Source of the DNA: Isurus oxyrinchus
Lineage: Eukaryota
Direction: 5' to 3'
Assembly (NCBI GenBank): GCA_026770705.1
Contig: JANJGN010000101.1
Span: forward strand, 1,054,001 to 1,118,000
DNA length: 64,000 nucleotides
Shown here: in pieces, positions 24,813-38,489 of the stretch
Position numbering within the stretch: the stretch's first letter is position 1
Layout: every line of letters starts with the position of its first letter
Made by a program: the position numbers and the translations under genes
Notes under the pieces: generated by a model
Database searches by the model: none
What the model was told of the DNA's origin: nothing
Seen by the model: only the letters and a program-made list of their open reading frames with translations

Positions 24813-27038
24813 TCATCTTTTAAATAATTTAACAAGCAGGTTCAATGGGATTTTCACACCATTCTTTAACTCTACTCTGAATTTACTCTGGGTCCCTGCA
24901 TAAATAAACGGATTGACGCAAGAACTCAGGAGCTGAAGCATACGTGCACTTTCCTCCATAAGAAAATTTGATTCATTGAAATTGGTAGAGTCTACATAGC
25001 TAAGATTCGCAATTCGGACATAGAGGAAGTTTATAAGTCTTAACAAATATAACAGGATGAAACTGCCCGAGATACAGAAGAGCAAAACCATGGACTTCCT
25101 TCTCTTCTGCATCTCTGGGTCACTTTGATTCTCTCCATTGCTCTGGATCCGGAGTCTCCTGCGGGCTCGACTGGCCGTTACAATGTGTCTGATGGTCAGA
25201 GCATTGAGCAGTAAAATAAGGAAGAAGGAGAGGCAAAGGGTTAAAACGGCGATTATGCTTTCATAAGCGACCCATTCAGGTGCCGTATAAAATATTGATT
25301 TTGAGTTGCATTGCCAGGGTATATTGTCAATGATAAAGGCAGGCTCACACATAAAATACAAGGGGATTCTTTTAACGCAGTTAAGTACAGAGACAGTTGC
25401 TATCACCGCAGCCGCCATTTTCTCAGTGCAATATTTAATTTTCAGCTTCTGGCAGCAAATGGCTACAAATCGGTCAAAGGTGAAAGCCATTGTTACCCAG
25501 ACAGAACAATCGCTGACTCCATAATTTAGCACAAGTCTGAGGCTGAAGACCGGAGTGATGGCCAGGAGACTGAACAGGAAATAAATACCTATAATCCAGT
25601 TTAATATCACAACTGTGATCCCGACAAGAAGATACATCACGGCCATGGACATCAAGTAGTAAGTGATACATTTGGAGAGACCGCATCTTCCTCGAGTCAG
25701 TATCACAATCACGACCAGATTAGCTGTGACAGCGAAACGCAGCCAGCGAATAGCCAATTTTGAGAAAGAAATTTAGAACATAAAATGTTGGAAATTCTCA
25801 GTCAGGCAGCAGTTGAAAAGAGAGGAACAAGTTAGCATGTCAGAAAGATGATCTGGAGGAAAATATCTTAAAACACAGCAATCTGTTCTGTACTGTCAGC
25901 AACACTAAGGGCTAACTCAAGGTGAACATTGAACGTCCTGCATTGTGACCCTGAAATACAATCAATGTTGTTCTCATTCAACGTTTAGAGACGGGAAAAT
26001 ATAAGAATACTCTGAAACATTGGAAAATCGAAGATTAACAAATACATTATAGAACTTGAAAAAAGTTCAGCGAAAAAAAAAAGCCACTACTTAACTGAAA
26101 AGAAGATGAAGGAGATGTGATGCATCTGAGCTGTAACAATTCGAAGTTAAAGGAACAAGGCTTCACAGCCACGAGTACAGCTGATCATGCTTACTATGGC
26201 TCAGTTTACAGCAATCTCACTTTTGAGTCAAAAGGTTTAGCATTCAAGCCCAACTGTTGGACTTCAGCAACGTTGCACTGCCCGATATGCTATATTTCAG
26301 CTAAAGCAAAAGACTGAGGACCGGTCATGAATACAAAATCTTACTTAAGAAATAGCTGTTATTCACATTCCAGCACAAGGAGAAATATATGCACACGGCA
26401 AAGTGAGGTAATTCAACAGCTGTGTCAATAACACCATAGAGCTACATTTATAGCATGATAAATCATCCATGGTGACAGTGTCAATAATACAATTGATTTA
26501 CATTGCACTGTGATATTAGTGTGCTTAATACTTCGCCCACGTTAATAATGACAATAACAACATCAAATTACGTTTAGACTGAGAGGCAGCACTGCTAAGT
26601 TGGGAGAAAAGTTTTAGTTAAAGAGATGGAACGGCATTGGCGAAGCAAACATAGTAATCCCTGAAATGGAAGTAAGTATAGTGGCAATGGGAAGAAACTG
26701 TTCTCGTGAAGGGGAGAAATTATAGCCTTAAAGTGGAGAAAAGAGACCAGTAATGACCAGCAATATTGCAAGGAAAGGGAAGGTTTAATCTCATTTAAAA
26801 GAAGAATGCACTAAACGTGGAGATAAGGATACTGCAAAAAAGGGAAAACATAAAAAAACAAATTATCCTGTTAATGGGGTGAACCATAGAGAAGCAGTAC
26901 AGCTAAATTAAAGAAGTGATAGAGTGAAAAATGATTCTGGTAACTGGTAACTAACCGTAATACTTTATCTGGAATACCGATAGCTGCAAGAACGGGATAG
27001 TAAATGGCGAACACCAGACCTTTTGGTATCCCATGCAT
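24813..27038 (-). pseudogene. GPR139/GPR142-like GPCR, copy 2 (exon 1 27038-26969, exon 2 25723-24813); open frame but splice donor is AT instead of GT
   Basis: Exon 1 MHGIPKGLVFAIYYPVLAAIGIP then ATAAAGTATT (copy 1: GTAAAGTATT). Exon 2 is stop-free with DRF and NPFIY, but has D2.50>Y and LTPCLPF>LTLCLSF. Confidence 0.8.
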
Positions 27039-27088
27039 TTCTCTCATAAGCTCCAAGTGCGCTCTGTGCTACACCGAAAGACTTTTAG

Positions 27089-27182
27089 ATTTATACATGA
27101 TGTCAGACTCTAGGGAGACAATGAGAAGGTTTGGCTTTTTACATTAATTACACTAACTGAAAAAAACATTTTAGTGCAGCTG
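27089..27182 (-). promoter_or_regulatory. Proximal promoter of GPCR copy 2
   Basis: Minus strand: CAGCTG (-144), CTCATTGTCTCCCTAGAG (TCCCT at -78), TATAAAT (-57). Confidence 0.65.
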
Positions 27183-27360
27183 CTGCCACGCTCGCATTTA
27201 TATTTTTGATGGAATTGAATCTGTTTTCAAGGACACTGGCGCGGCTCCAAATTGAAATAATCAGACAGGAGAGTACAGTCCAAGTTGCATTTTTTCCTAA
27301 AATTTAACTAACAAGCCAAATAAGCCATTGTAATTGTGAAAGTGAGCACTGTGCACGAGC

Positions 27361-27480
27361 ATCCATGGCTTTAAACTCTGCAGGAAAACATTACGAAATT
27401 CTCACTCTTGATCATTTTTCATCCACGTCTTTAAACTCCGCAGGAAAACATTACAAAGTTCTCACTCTTGATCATTTTTC
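27361..27480. repeat. 60-bp tandem duplication
   Basis: 27361-27420 and 27421-27480 are nearly identical (ctttaaactc.gcaggaaaacattac.aa.ttctcactcttgatcatttttc). Confidence 0.95.
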
Positions 27481-27644
27481 AGCCCGTGTGAACACGGATC
27501 ACGTGTAACGTGGCTCCCTTTCCCTTCTGGAATGCGTAACCAATCAGTAGCCATCCATCATTAGCCTCTCTGCCTGCTTGGACGTCAACTCACGACGAAA
27601 AGTGTCTCAATTAACTTTGTAAATGAAACACCAATGCTATCGGT

Positions 27645-29125
27645 ATTGGCTTGTGTCCTATTTCTGTTTGGCTTTCAGATGGATTTGTAGCAGAATTATT
27701 GATCCAGTCCCACTCAGGCACCTCCATCACACTTTTGCCGGGTATATTCATGACCAGATCAGTATTGATCTCGTTCAACCGCTGAACTGGAAAATGAGGT
27801 TACGTTTGCGTTGGAATGTAACCCTCCCCATGCCCTTACTTGCTCCATGTTTGAAATTTATATTTTCTTCTGCCACTTTGATGTGGACACATTGGGGAAT
27901 TGGCTATGGCCCAATATTCAACAGAAGCTCACCAACAACCAGCTGTCTTGAATACACATCCATGCACATCTTTTACTGGAAAGGAACTTTTCCGTTCTCT
28001 CAGAATCTCAGTTTCTGCTGAATATGTTCGATTATCCCTTCTAGCTTTCTCTAATAGAGTTTCCAATTACTTCAGCCGAGTATTTCCAGCTCACCGTGGT
28101 TGACAGAACCCAGCGTCATGCATGTAACATGTCTCACACTTCTGCTTTCACACCTTCTCCCCCTCCAGGATCCACAATAGGCTTCTCCTTGCCCTTGCAT
28201 ACCATTCCACACATCTCTTGTATCATTTGGTCCACCTCTGCATTTTCAAACTCATCCGGCATGTTGTCACTGCCCAATATGCCCAACTCACTTCTACTCT
28301 TTAACATTGAGAATGGGTCTTTGCTCCACTCCGCACTTGTCTTCTCCAAAATCAATCCAACTTTTCCTTTTCCGAAGAACCTTCCCATGCACGCAATGAA
28401 CATGCAACGCCAGCCCCTGTCTCCATGCCCTTCTCTCTGTCCTACGGCCCAAACAATGCTTCTAAATGGAAAATCGATTTGTTTGAACTTCTGTCCATTG
28501 AGTATACCCTGTTCACTGCTCAATATTCCGTCTGCTCTACATTCTGGATGTTAAATGTAGATTGGTGATAATTTCTCAGGTACATCCATTCGGTCCAGAA
28601 GTGTGAACGTCTGGTCACTTGTCAACCTAATTATCTGTTCCGCTCTCACTTTGACATGACTGTGATTGAACCCTCCTACTGCTCCAAGGAAATGGAACCT
28701 GTGCTCCAGGAGTAAAATCTCATATTTCCTTAAGGCACTTTCTAGGCTTTTGGATTTTCCATAAATTTCAACAATCGTGATCACACCCACTGCATTTTTC
28801 TTCCTTCTTTGCTCTTTGTTATTGCGTTGCGAAGACATTTCTTGATTTTGATTCTGTTATAAACAATTTGCCATCTTTTAGACATTCCTCTTCTGCTTTT
28901 CCTTGTTCCACTTTGACTTCCACCATCACTGCTTTTGTCATTTGATTTCTCCTGTTTTCCCATTTACCAGAAGCATCTCCTTTTGAACCTTTTCCCCCCA
29001 AATCCGTTTTTTGCCTCTACACTTGCATTAAAACTGTTCCATCTGTAACTTTTGACTGATTTGATGAAAGGTCACATGCTGCCGGATATCCTGAGTATTT
29101 CCATTGTTTCCTGTTTAATTCCATT
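27645..29125 (+). mobile_element. Decayed Penelope-like element (RT C-terminus, linker, GIY-YIG, pseudo-LTR remnant)
   Basis: Broken similarity to PSYxCL, PC..CN..P..GPK..F..T..VY...C....LLYI (~28385-28545). Pseudo-LTR-like tgatgaaaggtca..cctgagtatttcca at ~29060-29105. Confidence 0.6.
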
Positions 29126-30339
29126 CAGGATGTTTACATTCAGTGTAGAAATGTGCAGCTCGGCATGGTTATATTCACAGTGCGCACGCCTGGTTTGGCA
29201 CAGTTACTTCCATTGTGGACTAGTTCAATTCAGTTAGTGTAGCCATGTCAATCCCGGCAATAACGAAAGTGCACAGGTGTGTGAATTTACATTTTGTGTG
29301 GCAAGATCCAGTTCAGGACGTGTGTGCTTCGTGCTTTCAGTCTAAGCTCAGTGCTCTCACATTCAGAGAAGATAACCTCCTGTTGAGCATGATTAAATTA
29401 ATGATGGAGCGCTCCAAATCAACATGGTTATATGCCATGTAGAAATTCCTGTTCAGCTCGTTAGCAATCACTGTTTAGTGGAAAACCAGTTTAGGAGATT
29501 ATCACGCTGGTGTGACTGTCCAGTTCAGTAAATTGCATTCACTGCATTCAGGTTAAATTGTGCACAGCTCCACTCAGTACGAACAGGCCAATTTCTATCC
29601 TGTTACACTAAATGTACATGGACGACTTTTTGCCCGATTATTGTCAACTTTGTCCAGTGGAACACAACTACGTACAATGTGCACAGCCCCGGCTGAGAGC
29701 ACTTTCTTTCTTGCAGTGGAAAATTTCACTTCAGCGTGAATACATTCCATATAGAATAATCAATTTCATTACTGCTGTATTCGATGGAGACAGGACTGGC
29801 CGAGCATGGTTATGTTTCGTGTAGATTTATGAAAGTCTGCTCGGTGTTAATAAATGTGTACATGGACATTTGCATTCAGACTGGACTGGTTTAGTTCTGC
29901 ATTCTTACTTTTAATTTGACCTTCTGTGGTTCACTGTGGTGGACAGTCCCAATGGATCACTGTGAACCTTTTAATTTCCCAGCAGCTATGCTTCGTGTGC
30001 AGATGTCTTGACCAGTGAGGTTACATTCAATTTGCGTAATTGCAGTTCTGTAGCATGATTTTCAGTGCAGACTGATCTCGGCCGGAGAGATTTTATTCAT
30101 TGTGATTTTCCACAACAAAATCCAGGTCTATTGTTAATGATAAAGGAAGGTTCATAGGCAAAGTACCAGGGGATGAGGAGGTTCTGGAGACTTTGGAATT
30201 GTCTTCTCCAGAAAACAAAAGACGGCAGGGGCACTAAATATATTCAAGGCATAGTTAGACAAATTATTGATCGACAAGATTTCCAATGGTTACTCAGTCT
30301 GACAGGAAAACGGAGTTAAGGCCAGGATTACATTAATCA

Positions 30340-31215
30340 TGAACTCCGATGGGTATCACACAGCGTTGACAACAAAATGCATCTTAGGAGAATTGAATGG
30401 AGCAGTTAACAGCAGCAACAGAGTTAAAAGTGCTCTTCATAACAGTTAATCGATTGCAACTATTTGATAAATTTACGAATAAACATGTGGAGGGTAAACA
30501 AAAATATGGAAAAATACATACCACTATCATTTACAGTTTCACGCCAATTAGAAAATATGCTGATCTGTAATGGTTAAGCTCAAATCGCCACAAAAAACAC
30601 CCTCCCACAAATTATATTCCTTCTCCCACAGTTTGCTCTTTCAGTTATCCAACAACAATCCTTCGCAATGTCCTCTTCTTATCTAAAATATTTACTGTAT
30701 CACATGGCTTATTTTTGGCAGCACTTTGGATACAAAACTTACTGTTGCTTCATTTTGAACCTTCTAAATGCTGTGAAAAGTTGAGACCCAAATACAAATC
30801 TTGCGAATCAGCTGTCACCCCCTGTCAATTGAACTGTATTCACATTACCGATCAACAAATTAAATGAGCTTTGTACATATCACAGCCATCGCGCGTTAAA
30901 TTTATGTCGATATCACTTTAAATTAACATCTAGGCATGTAAAATAAATGACCTGTTTAACTAAGAAATTCTGGTTTTAATGACATTATTGAAGTAATAAT
31001 TAAACTACATTGTGCAGCATTTGTATCATTTCCAAAACGTCCGTCAACACAAGACACAGAAATCGCGGACATACATAAAACAATCTTGAATGTTTTGCTG
31101 TTGGAGGACAGCCAAACATCCGGAGAAGCTACACAGTAAACATCTGACCCTCAAGGCTTCACAGTTGAACAAAGATTGAAAGGACTTAATTCCGGAAAAA
31201 GAAACGTAGAATTCA
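30340..31215. repeat. ~880-bp direct duplication, copy 1
   Basis: Collinear with 32222-33115 from ctccga.gggtatcacacagc to aaacatctgaccctcaagg. Confidence 0.9.
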
Positions 31216-31249
31216 GATTCAGAATGTTTCCGTTTCGTATTTTGAGTGG

Positions 31250-31400
31250 CTCAGAAAACTGACTGGAAAATAAACAGCCGTAAACCGGCTTAATATCAGT
31301 GTAATGATAATAACATGGAGATCTGTCACCGCCATGGACTCTGCGTATCTGCAAAGACCACATCTTCCTCGGGAACGGATCACGACAGTCAGCTAGTTAG
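31250..31400 (-). pseudogene. GPCR copy 3: truncated exon-2 relic
   Basis: Pyrimidine tract and ccttacag acceptor (31401-31447), then AN*LTVVIRSRGRCGLCRYAESMAVTDLHVIIITLILSRFTAVYFPVSFLS; similarity then stops. Confidence 0.85.
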
Positions 31401-32221
31401 CTGTAAGGGAGAGAGCGAGAGAGAGAGAGAGAGAGAAAGGAGAGAGAAGGGAAAAATTAGTGCTGGAACTCCCAGCTACAACATCCGTTTGGCATGTGGA
31501 CCATCAATACTTCATTCAACGCTGAACTGATTAATTTGCCAATGTATTAATGCTAGTCCATTTTTTATTTATATTGTCCCAAATAAAGTGGAAGTCGGAA
31601 TATAAAATGACACAAAACACTTACTTTCCGTTTCATGTAAATTTTATGTAATCTAGAAATAGAGGGATTTGATCTTCACTAACGTATTAAATTGACATAA
31701 GGACAACCTGAAAATGGCATTAAAATACAGGTCAAAGCTCAATACATTTATTCATTTATAAATACAGTAAATAATAACGTTATGAAACGTTAAACCGCTA
31801 TAATAATGAAACCAATCGAATGACAGGAAAGAAGTTATGGGTAATAACGGATTCCTATTAAATATCAGAAGGAACCAAGGTACGATGAAAAAGAAAATTT
31901 GAGCGAACACCATTGATTCAATTTGGGCTTTGCCTTTGTGGAAACTAGTCAAAGCGCATCAAAGGCTTTTTTTCAGTTCAGTGACTGCTGTAGTGGCAGA
32001 TTAGGTCTCGCAGCAGTAGTGAGGATTTTCAACTGATAAAGCAGAAAGACCTCGGTCTAGAGCCTCGTCAGAAGGACGACAGAGTAGAATTCCTCAGGGG
32101 CATGGAGCTGGGCTACAGACACGCAATCGGAAGTAGGGGACAAACACAGGGCTTTCCGAACGAACACTGAGATTTCAAAATTTAGCTCAGCTAAGTAATG
32201 TGGCTACGAGTATAATGAATT

Positions 32222-33115
32222 CCGGCTCCGAAGGGTATCACACAGCCTTGAAAACAAAGTGCACTTCTAAGGAGAATTGAATGCGACTGTTAACCGCAGC
32301 AACGGAGTTAAAAATAGTGGTCATCACAGGTCATCGACTGCAATGATTGCTGTTAAAGTTACGCATTGCAAATCGAACACCAATAAACATGTGGCGGGTA
32401 AACAAAAATATGGAAAATACTTACCACTATCATTTATAGTTTCACGTTAATTAGAAAATATGGTGACGTGCAATGGTTAAGCTTAAAGCACCAGAGAAAA
32501 ACACCCTTCCACAAATTGTATTCTTTCTCCCACAGTTTGCTCATTCACTTATCCAACAACAACCCTTCGCAATGTCCTGTCCTTCTGTAAACTATTTACT
32601 GTACCACATGGCTTATTTTCGGCAGCAATTTGGATTCGAAACTTTCTGTTGCTTCATTTTGATCCTTCTAAATGCGGTGAAACGCTGAGGCCCACATATA
32701 AATCCTGCGAATCAGCTGTCACTTCCTGCCAATTCAACTGTATTAGCATGATCCATCAACAAATTAGATGAGCTTTGTACACACCGCAGCCATCGTGAGT
32801 TAAATTTACATCGATATCAATGTAAATTAACAACTAAGCATGTAAAATAAATAACCCATTTAATGAAGAAATTGAGGAGTAAATTACAATTTGAATTAAC
32901 AATTAAACTATATTATGCAACATCTGTATCATTGCCAAAAATCCTGTCAACACAAGAAACAGAACGCCTGGGAACTCATAAATCAATCTTAAATGTCTCG
33001 CCATTGGAGCGCAGCCAAAAACCCGTAGAAGCTATATAGTAAACATCTGACCCTCAAGGATTCACAGTTTAGCAAATGTTGATAAGAACTAATTCTGGAG
33101 AAAAATATAGAATAC
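32222..33115. repeat. ~880-bp direct duplication, copy 2
   Basis: Collinear with 30340-31215. Confidence 0.9.
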
Positions 33116-35859
33116 AACGAACAATGCTAGATAGTACAGTAAGCTACAGAGACAAGACGCATGCCCCTGTGAAAGCCATTACCCAGACACAAAACTACAG
33201 AGACATAGCTCAGCCATCTGTAGGATAAAAAGGGTTGAGTTATGAGAGAATTCCATTTAAAAGTTAAGAAAAATGTACACTATACGGTGAAGAAATTATA
33301 CTAGATTTTAAGAATAACTTCTTCAAATCATTATTTGTTTGAATATCCAGATTGTTCAATAAAGTGGATTTATAATCTTATGCTTTCTTACATAGGATTG
33401 CTAGGTTATATCCGGTGGTATAGTATTGATATACATATGAGTTGTAGCCTCATACTGAATTCCTCACAAACCCACATATAAGTAACAATATCGTAGAAAT
33501 CTTAAGTTTCCTTTCTAAGTGCGGATATTGGTAAACTTTTAAAGAGTGTTTTCTTTCTGTAATATACCTGCAGTAATGTTCTACCCTGGTATAATTTTGT
33601 TAGTTCGACAACTCCGAGGAGCTGTCTGAGTTGTTTTGAATTTGTACAGAGCAGTTGTTGGGGGCGGGGAGCGGCGGTGGGGGAGTAAAGCAGTCGGATC
33701 AATGTTACATTTCGAAAAGGCCATAGGAAGTAATAATTGATTAGGTTCGATACATACCTATAATGAGAGAGCAGGGTCATGGGAATATTTTTGAATGAAT
33801 ACTGTACTGCAATGCGAATGACGGGCAGTGCCAATTATTTTGGATAGATACTAGCCTATAGTGAGAAGAAAGAAAATTGTGAGTTATTTTGGATTGGTAC
33901 AGTCTTATTGTGAGAATAAAACACCAGGGTGAAATATCTCGGATTTCCAGAGGCTTACACTTAGAAAATAGGGCAGAGTGAATTATTCTAGGTTCGTACC
34001 ACGTTGAAGCGAATTGCTAGGCAATGTGAAATGTTTTGATCTGAGACAGGCATGTAATGAGAGAGCCGAGCAGTATGAATGCCCCTTGGATTGATACAGG
34101 ATTGGAGTGAAAAGGCAACAATGTGTGAATTTCAAGGATTCTTTTACTGTAGGGATATAGACGAAACAATGAATGATTTTCGATGCATTTAGGCCTGTAG
34201 TGAGAGTGCAGGGCCGACAAAATTGTTTAGGGATGATACAGGGCCACGGTGATAGAGTAAGGCACTGTGAACAATTTGGCTTTCTGCATTCATCTATTCA
34301 CATTGGGAAATCCTCATATCATAATGTTACCAGGACATTTGGAGACAGAAGGAACTCATTCAGTCCTTCGCAAACATTCAGGATCTCTGAAGCACAGTTT
34401 AGTCAGTCTCCTCCTCCCTATTTTATCTCAGTGGCCCTTCACGTTTATTTCCATTAAGTAGCTATCACATTTCCATTTGAAATCACGAGTCATCTCCGTT
34501 TCCACCACAATTGTAGGCAGCACTTTGAGGTCATGACCACTCGCTGCATAAACATCTTTGTTCATCACGTGCTGCCAGCACATTTCGCACCGTCCTTAAA
34601 ACGTTGCACCCAAGCAACTTTACGATCGGTACATGGGAACATATTTTCTGCTGTCTACCTTACGTCAACCCGTTTAATCTAGGAAGTTTCTACCAAACAT
34701 CTCATCAATTCCCTTTCCTCCGATGAGAACAACCCAAGCTCCACTCACCGAATATTGCTGCCAAGGCGCCGCATCCTTGTTAACATACTTATGGTCAATT
34801 TCTCGATTTATAAACTCGAAAATTCCAAAGCCTGTTGTAACGATACTTTCAACATGTCATGGCACCTTCGAATATCGATTCAGACGGACCCTCAGGTCCC
34901 TCTGTCCTTGTGCATTGTTTAGAACCTTAACATTGAATGGATATTGTTCCTCAGCGGCCATATTACTAAATCTAGCATTTCCTGGGTTAAGTCCCACATA
35001 CCACTTTTATTCAGATGCTGTAGACTTTTGAAATCGGAACTCCTCTTCCTAACTCTTTCCAACATTCTGATATGTCAGAGTCCTCGTAGTATTGTCTATG
35101 AAACAGATTAAACGTTGCGTTTCTAGTTTGATGTAAAACTAACATTGCCTTCTTCACCTTGTTTCGCGCTTTTATTTCAGTAATTGGACGAGCACAGGCT
35201 TAGCCAATTTAGTTTAAATTATTCGCAACTACACTAGCTGTGCAACATTACTAGTCGCATCTTTGTTGCTTTGCACAATGGCCCTACTGAAGAAGTGCCT
35301 CCAGCTGATTCCCCCCCCCCCCCACCCCACATGACCACCCGCTCCCCTTCCCATACTTCCCTGATGAATCTGTACTGCTCCATGTTGAGCGCCACTTGCA
35401 AGAAAGACAAAGAGGTGCAAGGTCGCAGAATGAACTCAGGGGGCTTCAGTGTCCATCACCAAGTGCGTCTCTGAAGCACCACTAAAAATTGACCTGGTTT
35501 CATGCTCAAGGAAACACTGACCAGACTATGCCTGTAGTAGGTGGTGAGGGAGCCAAAAACAGGGAAGAACACACGTTACTTGATCATACGTAAACTACCT
35601 GTAGTAGATGCAGAGGCACCTATCCACCATAGTATTGGGAGAAGCCTCCAGTACACATTCTGTGTAAACATGAAAACTGTCACACTGTCGTGTTGTGTGG
35701 CGCTCCCATTGTGCTAAATCAAATCAAGAAAATCAAAGCCGGATTTCCATTAGGTGCAGTGAGCCATCAGCAGCTGTAGCATTGTATCAGATGTTAGTTT
35801 GTAAACTCATGGCCCGTTATATCCTTCACTTTGACATTACCAACAGATGAAGGGATCAA

Positions 35860-36545
35860 TTCTGATAAAGTGAAGGGTGTCGGACAGCATGGCAAGGCCT
35901 GCACCCACCGGACCTAAAAAGGAGGTTTCGACCTGGTGAAGAAAAAAAAACCAGAAACCTGTGCAATCCAAGCAGCTTAAAAAGCTGGTGTTGACAGCAC
36001 TAAGATATCCCACAAAGAATTGGTCAAACCAAAGATCTGCAATCCTTCCACATCCAATCATGAACAGCGGTGGACAATAGAAGAATAAAGAGAAAGAGGG
36101 TATTCCAAAAATATCCCTAACCCTAAAGATGCGGGAGTTCAGCATATCGGTGCAAAAAGAGATGGTTGAAGGATGTTAATCCACATTCAGCCAGAACTCC
36201 CGAGTGGAAGATCCATCTCAGACTCCTTCTGAGGTCTCCATCGTCCCTGGGTTCTGTCCTCACCCTATTCAATTGATTCCTTTTAATAGTAAAGACGATT
36301 GAGTACAAAGGATGCCACAAAGGCAACGGGCCCGATAAAAGAGCCGGCTGTAGAATTGAAGATTAGTGCTTCAGAACAAGCCGACTCTATTTCCGACTTC
36401 TGCCCATCTTAGAAAGCTGGCAATGACTCAAACAATTGGAAGCTGCCCAAATATGGCCTGTCCAGAAAAGGAAGGAACAATCCAGTCCGGTCAAATATCG
36501 CCACATTAGTCTAAATTGCATTACAAGCAAAGTGATGGAAAGTCT
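35860..36545 (+). mobile_element. LINE ORF2 fragment (N-terminal RT region)
   Basis: Decayed KATGPD..., WK.AQI.PV.K...SSPVKYRHISLNCITSKVME near 36320-36545. Confidence 0.7.
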
Positions 36546-37389
36546 CGCCATTTTTGTTAATGGTTGGTCGAAATCATTCATGTGAATGGCGCTGTGCTTC
36601 AATAAGAGCTTCGTGGTATCTTTGTAATGTTTCCCTGTCCTTCCCTGGAACGTTGGCCACTTAAGTGATGGAAAATTTAGAGCATGTGGTGTGGGGTCGA
36701 TTTCCTCGGGGCATGAGCATGAATTTGAAATAAGTATAGTTCATTGCAGTATTAATGGAGAGCTGTGCTGATTGAAGTTCGGGCAATCGGGTGGCATCTA
36801 AAACTTAAGCCATTTTCACGATCCCAGGTGGATGCAAGAAACATCATGTGGAGAATTTGGCTTGGAGGCGCTTTATATGAATTAAAAATATCCCTATTTT
36901 TGCCCGTAGCTTCGGTCACATTGAGCAAAACCCTGTTGCTGTGGACTGTGCGTTGACCCAAGTAATTTATTAATACTGAAATATACACAGAAGTATCGGA
37001 GTGCATGTGCTTAAAAGTACAAAGATTGGTCAAAGGGGAATATGATATTCTAACGATAATAGAAACTGCCACAATATGTGGGGTGATTGAAAGTTTCATA
37101 TTCCTGTTTGCAATGCATTTTTGAATCATTCTTTTTAACTTTTTGCAAACTAAAGTTCTCTCACCTTCCCACTGTTCTGCGAGTGATGGAACATCCCAGG
37201 TAGTGTGGCAGCTCAAGTGTGATTTATCAGCTCCCAGCAGTTGGGTTATGTGTTTGATATGAGGAAGACATTCTTACTAGGACTGCAATATTGTCTCCAC
37301 TCAATACAGATACCACCTTTTCAATTTATCACTGCAATATGGCCCTAGGTGGCAAGCTCAATCTTTATTGCGCATTGCTAATTTTCTTT

Positions 37390-37930
37390 AGAATTTCGTG
37401 GTTAGCTGCCTTCTTGAGCCCCTTCAGTCCATGTGCGCTATCTTCATCCATAATACTGCAAGGCAGGAAGTTTCACAGTTTGACCAAGTGATGAAAAATA
37501 TTTTCAAGTTTCGAGCGTGAGTGAAATGCAGCTGCTGGTGTTTCCATGTGCCTGTTACCTTTGTTTTCCAAGACAGTAAAACCCGGACTTTGGAAGGTGC
37601 AGTTGCAGAATACTGATAACTTGATTGTTTTGCCCCATGGGATGTGGGCATCGCGTAGAAGGCCATATTTGTTATCAATTTGAGCGCAGTTAAGAGGCAG
37701 ACATTTTACTGTGGGTCTGCAGCCACATGTAGGCCAGATCGGGTAAGGACGGCACATTGTCTTCCCTAAAGGACTGTAGTGAAGCAGATGGGTGTTTGTA
37801 ACAAACGATGACCGTTTTTTGTGGGCACAGTTACTGAGACGAGCTTGATAATCTAGTCGCATTAAATGAATTAGCTGCCATGTTATGATTTAAAACAAAG
37901 TCACAAAGATATGTGCCTCGGCCTCAGGAT
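37390..37930 (-). mobile_element. LINE 3' fragment plus tRNA-SINE
   Basis: gctgccttcttga..cagtccatgtg LINE tail; gggatgtgggcatcgc..cacatgtaggccaga..ccctaaaggac..agatgggt SINE body. Confidence 0.6.
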
Positions 37931-38489
37931 CACCCTATCACTCTGCCCCGAATGTTGACATGGGGGTTCGACTATCGCAATTACATTAAATTCCAAGGGA
38001 AAGTTGTTTGAAGTCCTCATCATTGAATTGGTAACATTCTGCTCTATCCTTCCTGAATACATTCGGCATACCTGGATCTCTTGATACAGATTAGAATCAC
38101 AAAATACTGTTCATTGTCGTGATATACATATAATACTGCTGAAAAAGACCAGTCCAGAATAGTAGATATTGCTCACAACTGGACCTGCACACACTGAATG
38201 TAACCGTGCTGAAGTAGCAATGTGCACATTAAACCTAACTACGATGATTTTAAGGAGCTCTCATTGCTTGCAATACTGATGATTTGGGATTTTTAACATT
38301 GAATCTAATGAGGTTGAACTGGAGCAGCCCACGCCAGAAGTAACAGTGTATAACTGAACCAGTCCTCTTTGAACACTGGTGTCAAGAAATGAGATGTGGA
38401 CGTTGAGAATTACTGTGCAGACCTGAGTCATTTCACACTCATTATGGACCAGCAGGCCCCATCTTTGTGGAAAACAATCATACAAAATT

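Noticed and set aside
25724-25757. N-terminus MAIRWLRFAVT of the 314-aa ORF
   Set aside because: Intronic sequence upstream of the acceptor; the true N-terminus is exon 1 at 27038-26969.
31752-31952. Hydrophobic minus-strand ORF as possible exon 1 of GPCR copy 3
   Set aside because: Lacks the YYP..A..G.P motif, a phase-1 donor and the promoter motifs.
33400-33900. Possible L1 ORF2 C-terminal remnant on the minus strand
   Set aside because: Resemblance too weak to support by eye.
35240-35490. Possible Harbinger transposase C-terminal remnant
   Set aside because: Only scattered residues match; needs a profile search.
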